In this document: one piece after another, positions 30,065 to 38,064 of the stretch
Layout of the letters: each line of letters begins with the position of its first letter
How positions within the stretch are numbered: position 1 is the first letter of the stretch
Origin: Candidatus Giovannonibacteria bacterium
Lineage (GTDB): Bacteria > Patescibacteriota > Minisyncoccia > JACPKW01 > UBA11713
Assembly: GCA_016186825.1 (NCBI GenBank)
Contig: JACPKW010000006.1
Span: forward strand, 3,191 to 67,190
Length of the DNA stretch: 64,000 nt
Direction: 5' to 3'
Notes under the pieces: model-generated
What the model was told of the DNA's origin: nothing
What the model saw: the letters and a program-made list of their open reading frames with translations, nothing else
Databases searched by the model: none
Program-made: the position numbers and the translations under genes

Positions 30065-30774
30065 AAAACCTTCTAATCGTTTTTTCGGCGGGTTTTTTGC
30101 CCTCGCTTTTGTGGCTTTGGTTTTGGCTTAAAGAAGACCCGCATCCGGAACCCAGAAAAACACTTCTAAAAAGCTTCCTCGCGGGAATCGCGATCGTCCC
30201 TTTTGTTTTTTTATTAGAATATGGTTTTTTAAAGCTGCTTGTAACAAATGGGGTCGTCCAAAAGTCTCAAATTGACTACCTCCCGCTTGCCCAAAGCCTA
30301 ATTCTTTTTCTGGGATGGGCGTTTATCGAAGAAATTTCAAAATTTTTTACTGCTTGGTGGGTAGATTTAAGACGCTCTGTCTATGACGAGCCGGTAGATG
30401 CCATGATCTATTTAATTACCGTATCGCTGGGCTTTGCGGCGCTCGAAAATGCTCTTTTCTTAAACAAAGTGCTCCCCGAAGGGGTAATCCAAAGCGCGAT
30501 GACCCTAAATTTGCGCTTCCTAGGAGCCACGCTTCTCCACTCCCTTACCGCCGGAGTAATGGGGGCATCGATCGCGCTCTCTTTTTTCCACAAAGAGCAT
30601 GTTCACCGCAACGTGATTGGTGGAATTATCCTCGCTACTCTATTGCACTGGAGTTTTAACGCAATTATAATTAATTCAGAAAGCGAGTTGATGTTTCAAA
30701 CTTTTTTTGCAGTATGGTCGCTCGTAGTAGTACTAATTTTTATTTTTGAACGCGTGAAGCGACTTCACGCCTAA
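30049..30774 (+). CDS. PrsW-family intramembrane protease
   Basis: EDPHPEP, EEISK, LGFAALEN, LLH...N. Confidence 0.9.
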   Translation: MAESIKNLLIVFSAGFLPSLLWLWFWLKEDPHPEPRKTLLKSFLAGIAIVPFVFLLEYGFLKLLVTNGVVQKSQIDYLPLAQSLILFLGWAFIEEISKFFTAWWVDLRRSVYDEPVDAMIYLITVSLGFAALENALFLNKVLPEGVIQSAMTLNLRFLGATLLHSLTAGVMGASIALSFFHKEHVHRNVIGGIILATLLHWSFNAIIINSESELMFQTFFAVWSLVVVLIFIFERVKRLHA

Positions 30775-30787
30775 TAAACCAACAACT

Positions 30788-31246
30788 ATGTTAAGAGATA
30801 ATCGTTCATTTTTTGAAAAACTTACTGGCTCTACTCGTATGGATGAGGAAATCACTAACGAAGAACCGCAGGCAGAACTCGCGAGATCCAAAGGCGAGTG
30901 GCTTACCTCCGATGAAGAAGGCCAGCTTACAGTAGATGTCTTCCAGACTCCGGATGAAATTATAATCCAGTCTACTGTGGCAGGCGTGAAACCTGATGAA
31001 ATGGATGTATCAATAACGCAAGATATGGTAACGATCAAAGGAAAAAGGCAGAGGGCGCATGAAGTTACAGAAAAAGACTTTTTCTATCGCGAACTGTATT
31101 GGGGGACATTCTCTCGCTCCATTCTTTTGCCCCAAGAAGTGGACGCTGACGCCGCAATAGCTAGTTTGAAAAATGGCCTGCTTACAGTTCGGCTTCCGAA
31201 ACTAGACAAATCCAGAACGCAGAAACTGAAAGTGAAAATGGAATAG
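30788..31246 (+). CDS. Hsp20-family protein
   Basis: EGQLTVDV, ELYWGTFSRSILLP, NGLLTVRLPK. Confidence 0.92.
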   Translation: MLRDNRSFFEKLTGSTRMDEEITNEEPQAELARSKGEWLTSDEEGQLTVDVFQTPDEIIIQSTVAGVKPDEMDVSITQDMVTIKGKRQRAHEVTEKDFFYRELYWGTFSRSILLPQEVDADAAIASLKNGLLTVRLPKLDKSRTQKLKVKME

Positions 31247-31249
31247 TAA

Positions 31250-31292
31250 CACAAAACTAAAATTGCCCATGATGGGCAATTTTAGTTTTGTG
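31250..31292. terminator. Perfect 21-bp inverted repeat (bidirectional terminator)
   Basis: cacaaaactaaaattgcccat-g-atgggcaattttagttttgtg. Confidence 0.75.
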
Positions 31293-31482
31293 TGCCGCGG
31301 GGGTGATCGGTCACATGTTGGCTTCGCCACTCGCGACCCCGCCTCGCGGTCGCCTCCGGCGACATCGCTCCGGCTTTCGATTCACCACGCGAGCGAAGCA
31401 GTTCGCTCGCTCCCACGGCAAAATTTCTTCGCGCGAGCGAAGCAGTTCGCTCGCTCCCACGGCAAAATTTCTTCGAAATTTG
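31291..31482 (-). ncRNA. tRNA-trailing structured element with anti-tRNA segments (Phe copy; internal 44-bp tandem duplication 31388-31475)
   Basis: Scaffold shared with 23623-23798; antisense and direct copies of the tRNA-Phe 3' end. Confidence 0.7.
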
Positions 31483-31554
31483 TGCCGCGGGGGTGAATCG
31501 AACACCCGACGCCTACCTCTTCAGGGTAGCGCTCTGCCACTGAGCTACCGCGGC
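31483..31554 (-). tRNA. tRNA-Phe(GAA)
   Basis: CTACC-CT-GAA-GA-GGTAG. Confidence 0.93.
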
Positions 31555-31636
31555 AATAAAAAAAGTATAAATGATCAAAAATTTTATATCAAACTCAAGG
31601 AGGGCAACCCAAAAAACTTTTGAATTGCCCTCTCAA

Positions 31637-32101
31637 TCAGATGCTTAAGGAATTAAAAAGATCCCGAAGAAAGTTCCAGCGCCTCGAAGATTCGTATTCT
31701 TTCCACAGTCTGGAAATTATCCGAGTGATTTCGGACTTATACTCGGGTTTCGGGCATCTCGCATAAAGCTCGAACATATTCAAGAACGCCTTCATATCTT
31801 CGGGAATCTTTCCTGCAAAAACGCGCCGGAATGCATCCATTTCCAAAGAAATTCTCCGGTCAAATCTTGTTCTCATGGTGAGAAGAGAAATCGACCCGAA
31901 CTTTAATAAACAAATGGAAACGATGAGCGCTAGATACCATTGCAGAGGCCAAATAAACGCAAAGCCAAGAAGCCCAACCTGCCCCACCAAATTGAAAGTT
32001 CTGACAAAAGTCACGCATGCAATAAAATCTTTTGCGTAATAAATTCTCAATGCCGAATAAACTCGTTCTTCAGAATCCATAACTCCTCCTTGTGATTTCA
32101 A
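31637..32101 (-). CDS. Hypothetical membrane protein
   Basis: 154-aa ORF with two TM segments between tRNA-Val and tRNA-Phe. Confidence 0.6.
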   Translation of the reverse strand: MKSQGGVMDSEERVYSALRIYYAKDFIACVTFVRTFNLVGQVGLLGFAFIWPLQWYLALIVSICLLKFGSISLLTMRTRFDRRISLEMDAFRRVFAGKIPEDMKAFLNMFELYARCPKPEYKSEITRIISRLWKEYESSRRWNFLRDLFNSLSI

Positions 32102-32113
32102 ACAACACTTTTG

Positions 32114-32185
32114 TGCGCGCTCGAGGGATCGAACCCCGGGCCTACTCGGTGTAAACGAGTCGCTCTGCCACTGAGCTAAGCGCGC
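32114..32185 (-). tRNA. tRNA-Val(TAC)
   Basis: ACTCG-TT-TAC-AC-CGAGT. Confidence 0.93.
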
Positions 32186-32330
32186 ATATTTTTAATTTTC
32201 TATCTATGCGCAGTATTCTTGAATTAGTCCGAACCCCGGTAGTAAAGCAAAGCTTACTACGGGGCACGGCGCATTTCGCCGCCTGCGGCGGCGAGCCTGC
32301 CTGCCGGTAGGCAGGTTTGGCGGCAAATTC

Positions 32331-33050
32331 TTATTGGATAAATTTAAAACTTCCAACCAATTCTTCAAAAGCAGCATTATCAAAAATCTCACCCCGTTTA
32401 TTCATTTTTATGGTTATGCCTTCAATCTTATCTCCTCCGCGTAAATACTTTAACGCCGTAATTGGTATGTATACCACCTCTAGAATTTCGTCACTACCAA
32501 TATTTTGTTCTGTAAACCGTGTCGCTTGCATACCACTCACAAGAACCACTTCCCGAAAATTAGATGAAGCTTTTCTTCCACGATCTTTCATTTTTCCAGC
32601 CAGTTCCTTTATTGAATCAATGCTTACTGGTATCGGATATATTTCAATGCTGTTTTGTAGTGAAGTTTGTGCTAAAGAAGGGGCGAAGAATAGTTCTTCC
32701 GATTTTGCTGCTTGTTGTGCTCCGGTTAGAAAACGCAGTTCTTCATTCCTATCATTTTTTGTGACAAGAACAAATTCAGCATTTTCATCGGCAAAATTGG
32801 TAATTGGATTTGGTCCAGTCGTATTCATAAACTTTGTGTAATCCAATGCAACTCGATAATTTTTCGGCAGAGAAAATGTATAACCCAATCTATTATTTAT
32901 GTAACTCGTTTTTTGTTCTGTGGTCGTGTTCGGTGTTTGAATGTCATTATCGCTCCCCCCTTTTTTTGTTAAGAACAGATAACCTCCAATTCCAAGCACG
33001 ACAATAACAAGTAGTATTATTAAAATTTTAGCAAATCCCTTTTGGTTCGT
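32331..33050 (-). CDS. NQKGF-leader surface protein, ATG replaced by ACG (possible pseudogene)
   Basis: In-frame ACG-AAC-CAA-AAG-GGA-TTT-GCT at 33050; SYINNRLGYTFSLPKNY motif. Confidence 0.7.
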   Translation of the reverse strand, partial: TNQKGFAKILIILLVIVVLGIGGYLFLTKKGGSDNDIQTPNTTTEQKTSYINNRLGYTFSLPKNYRVALDYTKFMNTTGPNPITNFADENAEFVLVTKNDRNEELRFLTGAQQAAKSEELFFAPSLAQTSLQNSIEIYPIPVSIDSIKELAGKMKDRGRKASSNFREVVLVSGMQATRFTEQNIGSDEILEVVYIPITALKYLRGGDKIEGITIKMNKRGEIFDNAAFEELVGSFKFIQ

Positions 33051-33336
33051 ATTGATAAAAATTTAAGTCAATGATTAAAAAATTTTTCTTTTCCCCAAAA
33101 TTAAAATATGGTTCGAGCCGACCCGCCTGCATCAGCTATGCTGAAAGCATTGCGGGCAGGTGTTTTTCTATGGGTTCTTTACCTACCGGCAGGCAGGTTT
33201 GGCGGCATTCAATCAAAAATTCGTAGAGCGAATACTTAAAGAATATAAGATTATGACAAAAATTTCAATTTCAAAAAAAGTACGAGCCCCAAGCAGAATT
33301 GAATTCCACGAGGGGCTCGAGTGGTCACCGACGCCG

Positions 33337-33819
33337 TTAGGCGAAGATTTCGGTGGCGTAGCGCTTGGAAAAGAAACGGAACTTGATCCGGTCGAGCATG
33401 GTAAGCGTCGCCTTGCCCCACCGCGCGAGGTTCACGAACACGGTGCCGTCGTTCGAATCCATGAAGTCCTTGAACTGGTAATCCACCGGGTCGCCCTTGT
33501 GGAACTCGAGGACGACGTCCCAGCCGTCCTCAATCGCCTGCATGCCAGTGAATATGCCACAGCGAGTGGTACTGCTGAACTGGATGAACTTGTCGCCCTG
33601 CTCGCTAGTCATTCGAACATCCACCATCTCGCACATCGCGCCGTACTTGCGGATCGCCTCGTCGATCGAGATCGTCCGCCCCTTGCCGGGAGCCCACCGC
33701 AGACCCGCCAGTTGTCCATCGTCGTAGATGTTCATCTGGAAAAGCGGCATAGGGTGACCCTTGAGGTTGAGAAACTCCTGGGCCTTCTTGAGCCCGCCGA
33801 GTGTAGGTTTGTAACCCAT
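33337..33819 (-). CDS. Hypothetical protein, GC-rich, with strong Shine-Dalgarno
   Basis: 160 aa; AAGGAGG upstream; G/C-ending codons unlike neighbours. Confidence 0.7.
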   Translation of the reverse strand: MGYKPTLGGLKKAQEFLNLKGHPMPLFQMNIYDDGQLAGLRWAPGKGRTISIDEAIRKYGAMCEMVDVRMTSEQGDKFIQFSSTTRCGIFTGMQAIEDGWDVVLEFHKGDPVDYQFKDFMDSNDGTVFVNLARWGKATLTMLDRIKFRFFSKRYATEIFA

Positions 33820-34208
33820 AACGGTTCCCTCCTTTCAATGTGCAGTTTGATTCCATCCAAGCACCATGCCTGGATTTCCTGCTATCCAACCATAATAGGA
33901 CTTGTGTGTCAAGCGCAACAAAAAATCACCATCTCTGGTGTTTCTCATTTCTTAACTCTTTGGATTAAAAACTTTTCTTTCCCCCAAAATTAAAATATGG
34001 TTCGAGTCGACCCGCCTGCATCAGCTATGCTGAAAACATTGCGGGCAGGTGTTTTTCTCCAGGTTCCCTGCCTACCGGCAGGCAAGTTTTGCGGTTTTTA
34101 TCAGCGCGAACATCTTTATCATATCACAAACAACATTCCTTTCCCAATCTGGTGCAGTATTCTTGAATTAGTCCGAACCCATTTCGCCGCCGCACCGATA
34201 ACAATTTT

Positions 34209-34283
34209 CCTTCAACTTCGTTCAGGATGGTGAGCTTGCCGAATCAACAAGTTTTTCTTCTTGACCTGAGCTTATCGAAGGTT
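34209..34283. repeat. Degenerate REP-like hairpins of the CTTCGAC..GCTCAGG/TGAGCTTGTCGAA type
   Basis: ccttcaacttcgttcaggatggtgagcttgccgaa and cctgagcttatcgaagg. Confidence 0.4.
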
Positions 34284-34447
34284 GGAGGCAGGAGTTATTT
34301 ACTGACTCACAACATGTTAACTACAATATCTTTCTGTTTATTAACATGTCCAACACAAGGCATATAGTGGTGATCAGTGATCTAGTTCTCCGATAACTCC
34401 TTCAATTTTTTATATTTAAGTTCTTTCGGTATGTGCGTAATTATAGA

Positions 34448-35080
34448 CTACCTTGATGCTTGATAGAATTTAATTGTTGCAATTGCGGCTTCAGAGGAAG
34501 CAAATATCTCATCAACACGATTTTTTTCTACATTAGGACCACCAAGAACTCGTATCGTGATTCCTTTATTAGTAAGTGGATGAATAAAATAGAGATCTTC
34601 TAAAATATTAATCACCACATTTGGATCAGAAGAGAAAAACTCTGTTTTGCAACCTTGAACGGATATTCCTCCTGAAGTTTTAATCTCAATTCCACCCCTT
34701 TTTATCCCTCCGCCCAAGGTATTATCACCAGTGCATCCTGATGACTGATATTCTTTCAGAGTATGATCGTCATTAGAATAGGTCCATGTAATATAATACT
34801 TAGGGGGATTAGACGGAATTAGAGCGTTAGCTTCTTTACTATCAAGCGCGTCTCCCCCGGAAATCAAATAACTAGCCCCTACATGGGGCTTCCATTTATT
34901 AACATCGTAGTGAATTTCTATACCAAATGCGTCGCTTCGAAAAATCCCTAACCCCATGCTATCGATCGTTTTCGTTGGAGATTGACTCAGATTTTTAATA
35001 AGCGCAAAATATCCAATCGTACCTACAAGTATCACAATGACTACTATCAAAACAATATTCGCAAATCCCTTTTGGTTCAT
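34448..35080 (-). CDS. NQKGF-leader (class III signal-like) surface protein
   Basis: MNQKGFANIVLIVVIVILVGTIGYF. Confidence 0.8.
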   Translation of the reverse strand: MNQKGFANIVLIVVIVILVGTIGYFALIKNLSQSPTKTIDSMGLGIFRSDAFGIEIHYDVNKWKPHVGASYLISGGDALDSKEANALIPSNPPKYYITWTYSNDDHTLKEYQSSGCTGDNTLGGGIKRGGIEIKTSGGISVQGCKTEFFSSDPNVVINILEDLYFIHPLTNKGITIRVLGGPNVEKNRVDEIFASSEAAIATIKFYQASR

Positions 35081-35263
35081 GTTAAAAATTTATTCGCTAT
35101 TAAGTTTTCCACTCATTATTAAAAAATTTTCTTCCCCAAAAATTAAAATATGGTTCGATATTCTTAGTATAGCATTATTTTTGCAGTATTCTTGAATTAG
35201 TCCGAACCCCGGTAGTAAAGCAAAGCTTACTGCGGGGCATGGCGCATTTTGCCGCACCGATGC

Positions 35264-35380
35264 TTGCCCCGTACCAATCCTAAGCAAGAACTCGGCAATG
35301 GTAGTATGTAAGCCGAAGGCGATATCGCGAGATAAACTTAGATTTTAGAAGCGATATATTTGGGATTGGTGCGGGGACAA
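35264..35380. mobile_element. MITE-like element with 17-bp terminal inverted repeats
   Basis: ccccgtaccaatcctaa ... ttgggattggtgcgggg. Confidence 0.5.
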
Positions 35381-35477
35381 TTTTCCCGCCGCATATTTAA
35401 AATTTTAGAAGGCGGGATCCCGTTAAAAACGGTGACAAGTTTTTCCCTGCCTGCCGGCAGGCAGGTTTGGCGGCAAA

Positions 35478-36116
35478 TTATTTAGTCCAAACAAAGGACG
35501 AAACAATATGATCAAAAACAGAATCGTATTTACTATCAAGACCATGTGCAAATCTAAACTCTGCAGTGTAATCTCCTTTCGTAATTGTCGCAATATACTG
35601 TTCAGATCCTGGTTCTCTTTTTTGTATAAGAATTTCGGTACTGCCAGATTTTATCTTTCTCAAGGTAGTGTAAGTGTACCAAACTGGGGGCGGCGGTGTT
35701 TTTTTGTAATTGATAATTACGACAGAAATACTTTTTTGTTCAGAGGTTTCTCCTGGAGGCAAAAAATAAACACTCGTCCCAATCTCACCAGTTCCAAACT
35801 CTTTTATAGACCAATTGAGCGGATATTCAGCCGAATATCCAAACCACTGATTTGTTTTGCTATATATCTTCCAGCCGCTATCAGCTGGTTTCTTTACTGG
35901 TTCGCTCCCTCCACTTTTTATCGACTCACTGTTAACAAGTGGTTTAGGTTCACTCTGTATATTTTCCGCCGGAGTTTTATCGGAGCTTGTAGATTCGACA
36001 GGCTGATTTACAGGAGGATTCTGTGGGCGTTGCCTCAGTACAAAATATCCAGTCGCGCCAACAAGTACAACGACCAGAACAATTACGATTATATTTGCAA
36101 ATCCCTTTTGATTCAT
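35478..36116 (-). CDS. NQKGF-leader surface protein with PsbP-like motif
   Basis: MNQKGFANII...GWKIYSKTNQWFGYSAEYPLNW...FDHIVSSF. Confidence 0.8.
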   Translation of the reverse strand: MNQKGFANIIVIVLVVVLVGATGYFVLRQRPQNPPVNQPVESTSSDKTPAENIQSEPKPLVNSESIKSGGSEPVKKPADSGWKIYSKTNQWFGYSAEYPLNWSIKEFGTGEIGTSVYFLPPGETSEQKSISVVIINYKKTPPPPVWYTYTTLRKIKSGSTEILIQKREPGSEQYIATITKGDYTAEFRFAHGLDSKYDSVFDHIVSSFVWTK

Positions 36117-36435
36117 ATGATTAAAACTTTTCTTCCCCCAAAATTAAAATATGGTTCGAGCCGATTGTTTTAACGGGTTCTATGCCTACCGGCAGGCAAG
36201 TTTTGCGGTTTTTATCAGCGCGAACGTCTTTATAATATCACAAACAATGTTCCTTTCTAAACTGGTGCAGAATTCTTGAATTAGTCCGAACCCATTTCGC
36301 CGCAGTTACCGACTCTTTTTGTGGCCATATTGATGAGATGTTTTATGCTGGTAATCACCCCTTGATTTTACCAACGGCGGTGTCGCAGGGGTATTACCGA
36401 TGTATCTCATCTTCTGCAATAATTGCAATCTCTTT

Positions 36436-36690
36436 TTATAATTCGGATTTATTTTTTAAACGATTTTCGATAAAAAGCGAAACAAAAAGCAATATCAATG
36501 CCCCTAATGCGATTGGGGTCGCAAAATATTTATAAAACGGCCATGGGCAAAAACCGCGTTCATATAAAGGTGCATTCTGCATTTCTGTAATGCATTTGTT
36601 TTCAACTGTTAAAATAACGACAAGAAAAATAAAATAAAGCACGACGATCGCAAGACTTAGCAATTTGAAAAACTTTATGAAAACCACCAT
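36436..36690 (-). CDS. Small two-TM membrane protein
   Basis: 84 aa, TM-Cys loop-TM. Confidence 0.55.
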   Translation of the reverse strand: MVVFIKFFKLLSLAIVVLYFIFLVVILTVENKCITEMQNAPLYERGFCPWPFYKYFATPIALGALILLFVSLFIENRLKNKSEL

Positions 36691-36767
36691 ATGGTCTTAG
36701 AATTAAATTAATTAATAAATTTGAAAGTTAGGAGGATTTCATTAACTGTTTTCCTTTTAGCGGTAAA

Positions 36768-37328
36768 CTATTCAGCATACTTTAAGGTCTTAGCGATTGC
36801 TTCCATCTGAGAAACATGGGCATCAACGAGTGATTTATTAAAGCATCCGGAATCAAATCTATCATATCGCGTTTGACCATCAAATTTCGTGTATGCAATT
36901 TGTAGCGTTACATCATCACCCTCACATTTTATAAGAGTTTCATCTACCATCTCGCCATCGATTAAAATTTTCTTAGCCCAAACTGTGCCATAACCGATAT
37001 ATCCACCAACTTCTTTCATGCCAGCAAAAAACGTAAATTGAAAACCGGGTTTTTCAAAAATCACGTTTGTCCAAGTAGAGCCGGGTTTTTCGGATAACTT
37101 TAGCTCCAATGGATATTTTAGCTCAAATCCATATTTTTCACTTCTGTATGTTTTCCAGCTTGCAGTTTCGCTATTAGATATAGGAGGAGTTTGTGTTGTG
37201 GCTGGAGGCATTTTTTGTTCAGCAGAAGGAGCCGAGATTTTTACGAATGCAAAATATCCGCCGACAGCTACGATGGCAACGATTACTATTATCAAAACAA
37301 TATTCGCAAATCCTTTTTGATTTTTCAT
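36768..37328 (-). CDS. NQKGF-leader surface protein with PsbP-like motif
   Basis: MKNQKGFANIV...SWKTYRSEKYGFELKYP. Confidence 0.8.
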   Translation of the reverse strand: MKNQKGFANIVLIIVIVAIVAVGGYFAFVKISAPSAEQKMPPATTQTPPISNSETASWKTYRSEKYGFELKYPLELKLSEKPGSTWTNVIFEKPGFQFTFFAGMKEVGGYIGYGTVWAKKILIDGEMVDETLIKCEGDDVTLQIAYTKFDGQTRYDRFDSGCFNKSLVDAHVSQMEAIAKTLKYAE

Positions 37329-37555
37329 ATTAATATGATTATTAGTTAATAATTTCCGACTTTATGTTTATGATTAAAAAATTTTTTTCCCCAAAATTAA
37401 AACATGGTTCGAGCCGACCCGCCTGCATCAGCTATGCTGAAAACATTGCGGGCAGGTGTTTTTCTCCAGGTTCCCTGCCTACCGGCAGGCAGGTTTTGCG
37501 GTTTTTATCAGCGCAAACGTCTTTATAATATCACAAACAACATTCCTTTCTAAAC

Positions 37556-37736
37556 TGGTGCCCCCGCCAAGAATCGAACTTGGATCTACTCCTTACCTGC
37601 CCACCGTTGCCTGCGCCCTCGGCAGGAATCGAACCTACATCTAGGGCTTAGAAGACCCCTATTCTATCCATTGAACTACGAGGGCAACTTAGGCAGGTGG
37701 GGAAGGGAGCTATTCTATCCGTTGAACTACAGGGGC
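37556..37736 (-). tRNA. Outer tRNA-Arg(TCT), split between positions 35/36 by a 106-bp insertion (37596-37701)
   Basis: Joining 37702-37736 to 37556-37595 gives GCCCCTG..GCTCC-CT-TCT-AA-GGAGT..CCAAG-TTCGATT-CTTGG-CGGGGGC-A-CCA; D-loop A20 Arg determinant. Confidence 0.85.
37614..37685 (-). tRNA. Inner tRNA-Arg(TCT), nested within the insertion
   Basis: GCCCTCG..GGGGT-CT-TCT-AA-GCCCT..GTAGG-TTCGATT-CCTGC-CGAGGGC-G. Confidence 0.95.
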
Positions 37737-37770
37737 TTTTAAATAAAAATGCGTAAGTATTTTAACCGAT

Positions 37771-38064
37771 TTAAGGATTGGTTTCAAATCCCGCGCCATT
37801 AGCATCAAAAGCGGATTTTTTTTCGTTTATTCTTTGGAATACTTTTCGAAAACTGTCTTTTTTCAGCGTCTGTAATACGTCATCATCAGAATAGTTTTTT
37901 GCGCTGTTCCCATTCAAATTAACGGAGTAAACCCACCAGTCAAATACAAAAACAATAATAAGCAGAAGGACAGAGAAAGCAATAAGCTTGCTCCACCAGC
38001 GCCCGGGCGCCGAACTAAATACATCACTTATATTAACTGACGGTTTTTTTATATTAAAATTCAT
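37771..38064 (-). CDS. Hypothetical TM protein at end of the pil operon
   Basis: ATGA overlap with upstream gene. Confidence 0.65.
   Translation of the reverse strand: MNFNIKKPSVNISDVFSSAPGRWWSKLIAFSVLLLIIVFVFDWWVYSVNLNGNSAKNYSDDDVLQTLKKDSFRKVFQRINEKKSAFDANGAGFETNP

Larger units (their letters stand above)
32210..37561 (-). mobile_element. Tandem cassette array integrated at the tRNA-Arg(TCT) 3' end
   Basis: Arm gcag(t/a)attcttgaattagtccgaacc at 32210, 34154, 35183, 36267; arm cccaaaattaaaatatggttcga... at about 33090, 33980, 35135, 36135, 37390; GC core at both ends. Confidence 0.8.

Noticed and set aside
33160-33993. 277-aa plus-strand ORF
   Set aside because: Antisense shadow of the GC-rich gene 33337-33819, which has the SD; it begins inside a repeat arm.
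32210-37561. CRISPR array or diversity-generating retroelement
   Set aside because: Repeats are long and irregular and are separated by whole genes; no cas or RT gene; no template/variable repeat pair differing only at adenines.
32210-37561. Classical integron with attC sites
   Set aside because: No intI in the window and no RYYYAAC...GTTRRRY attC pattern recognised; the junctions centre on the tRNA 3' end instead.
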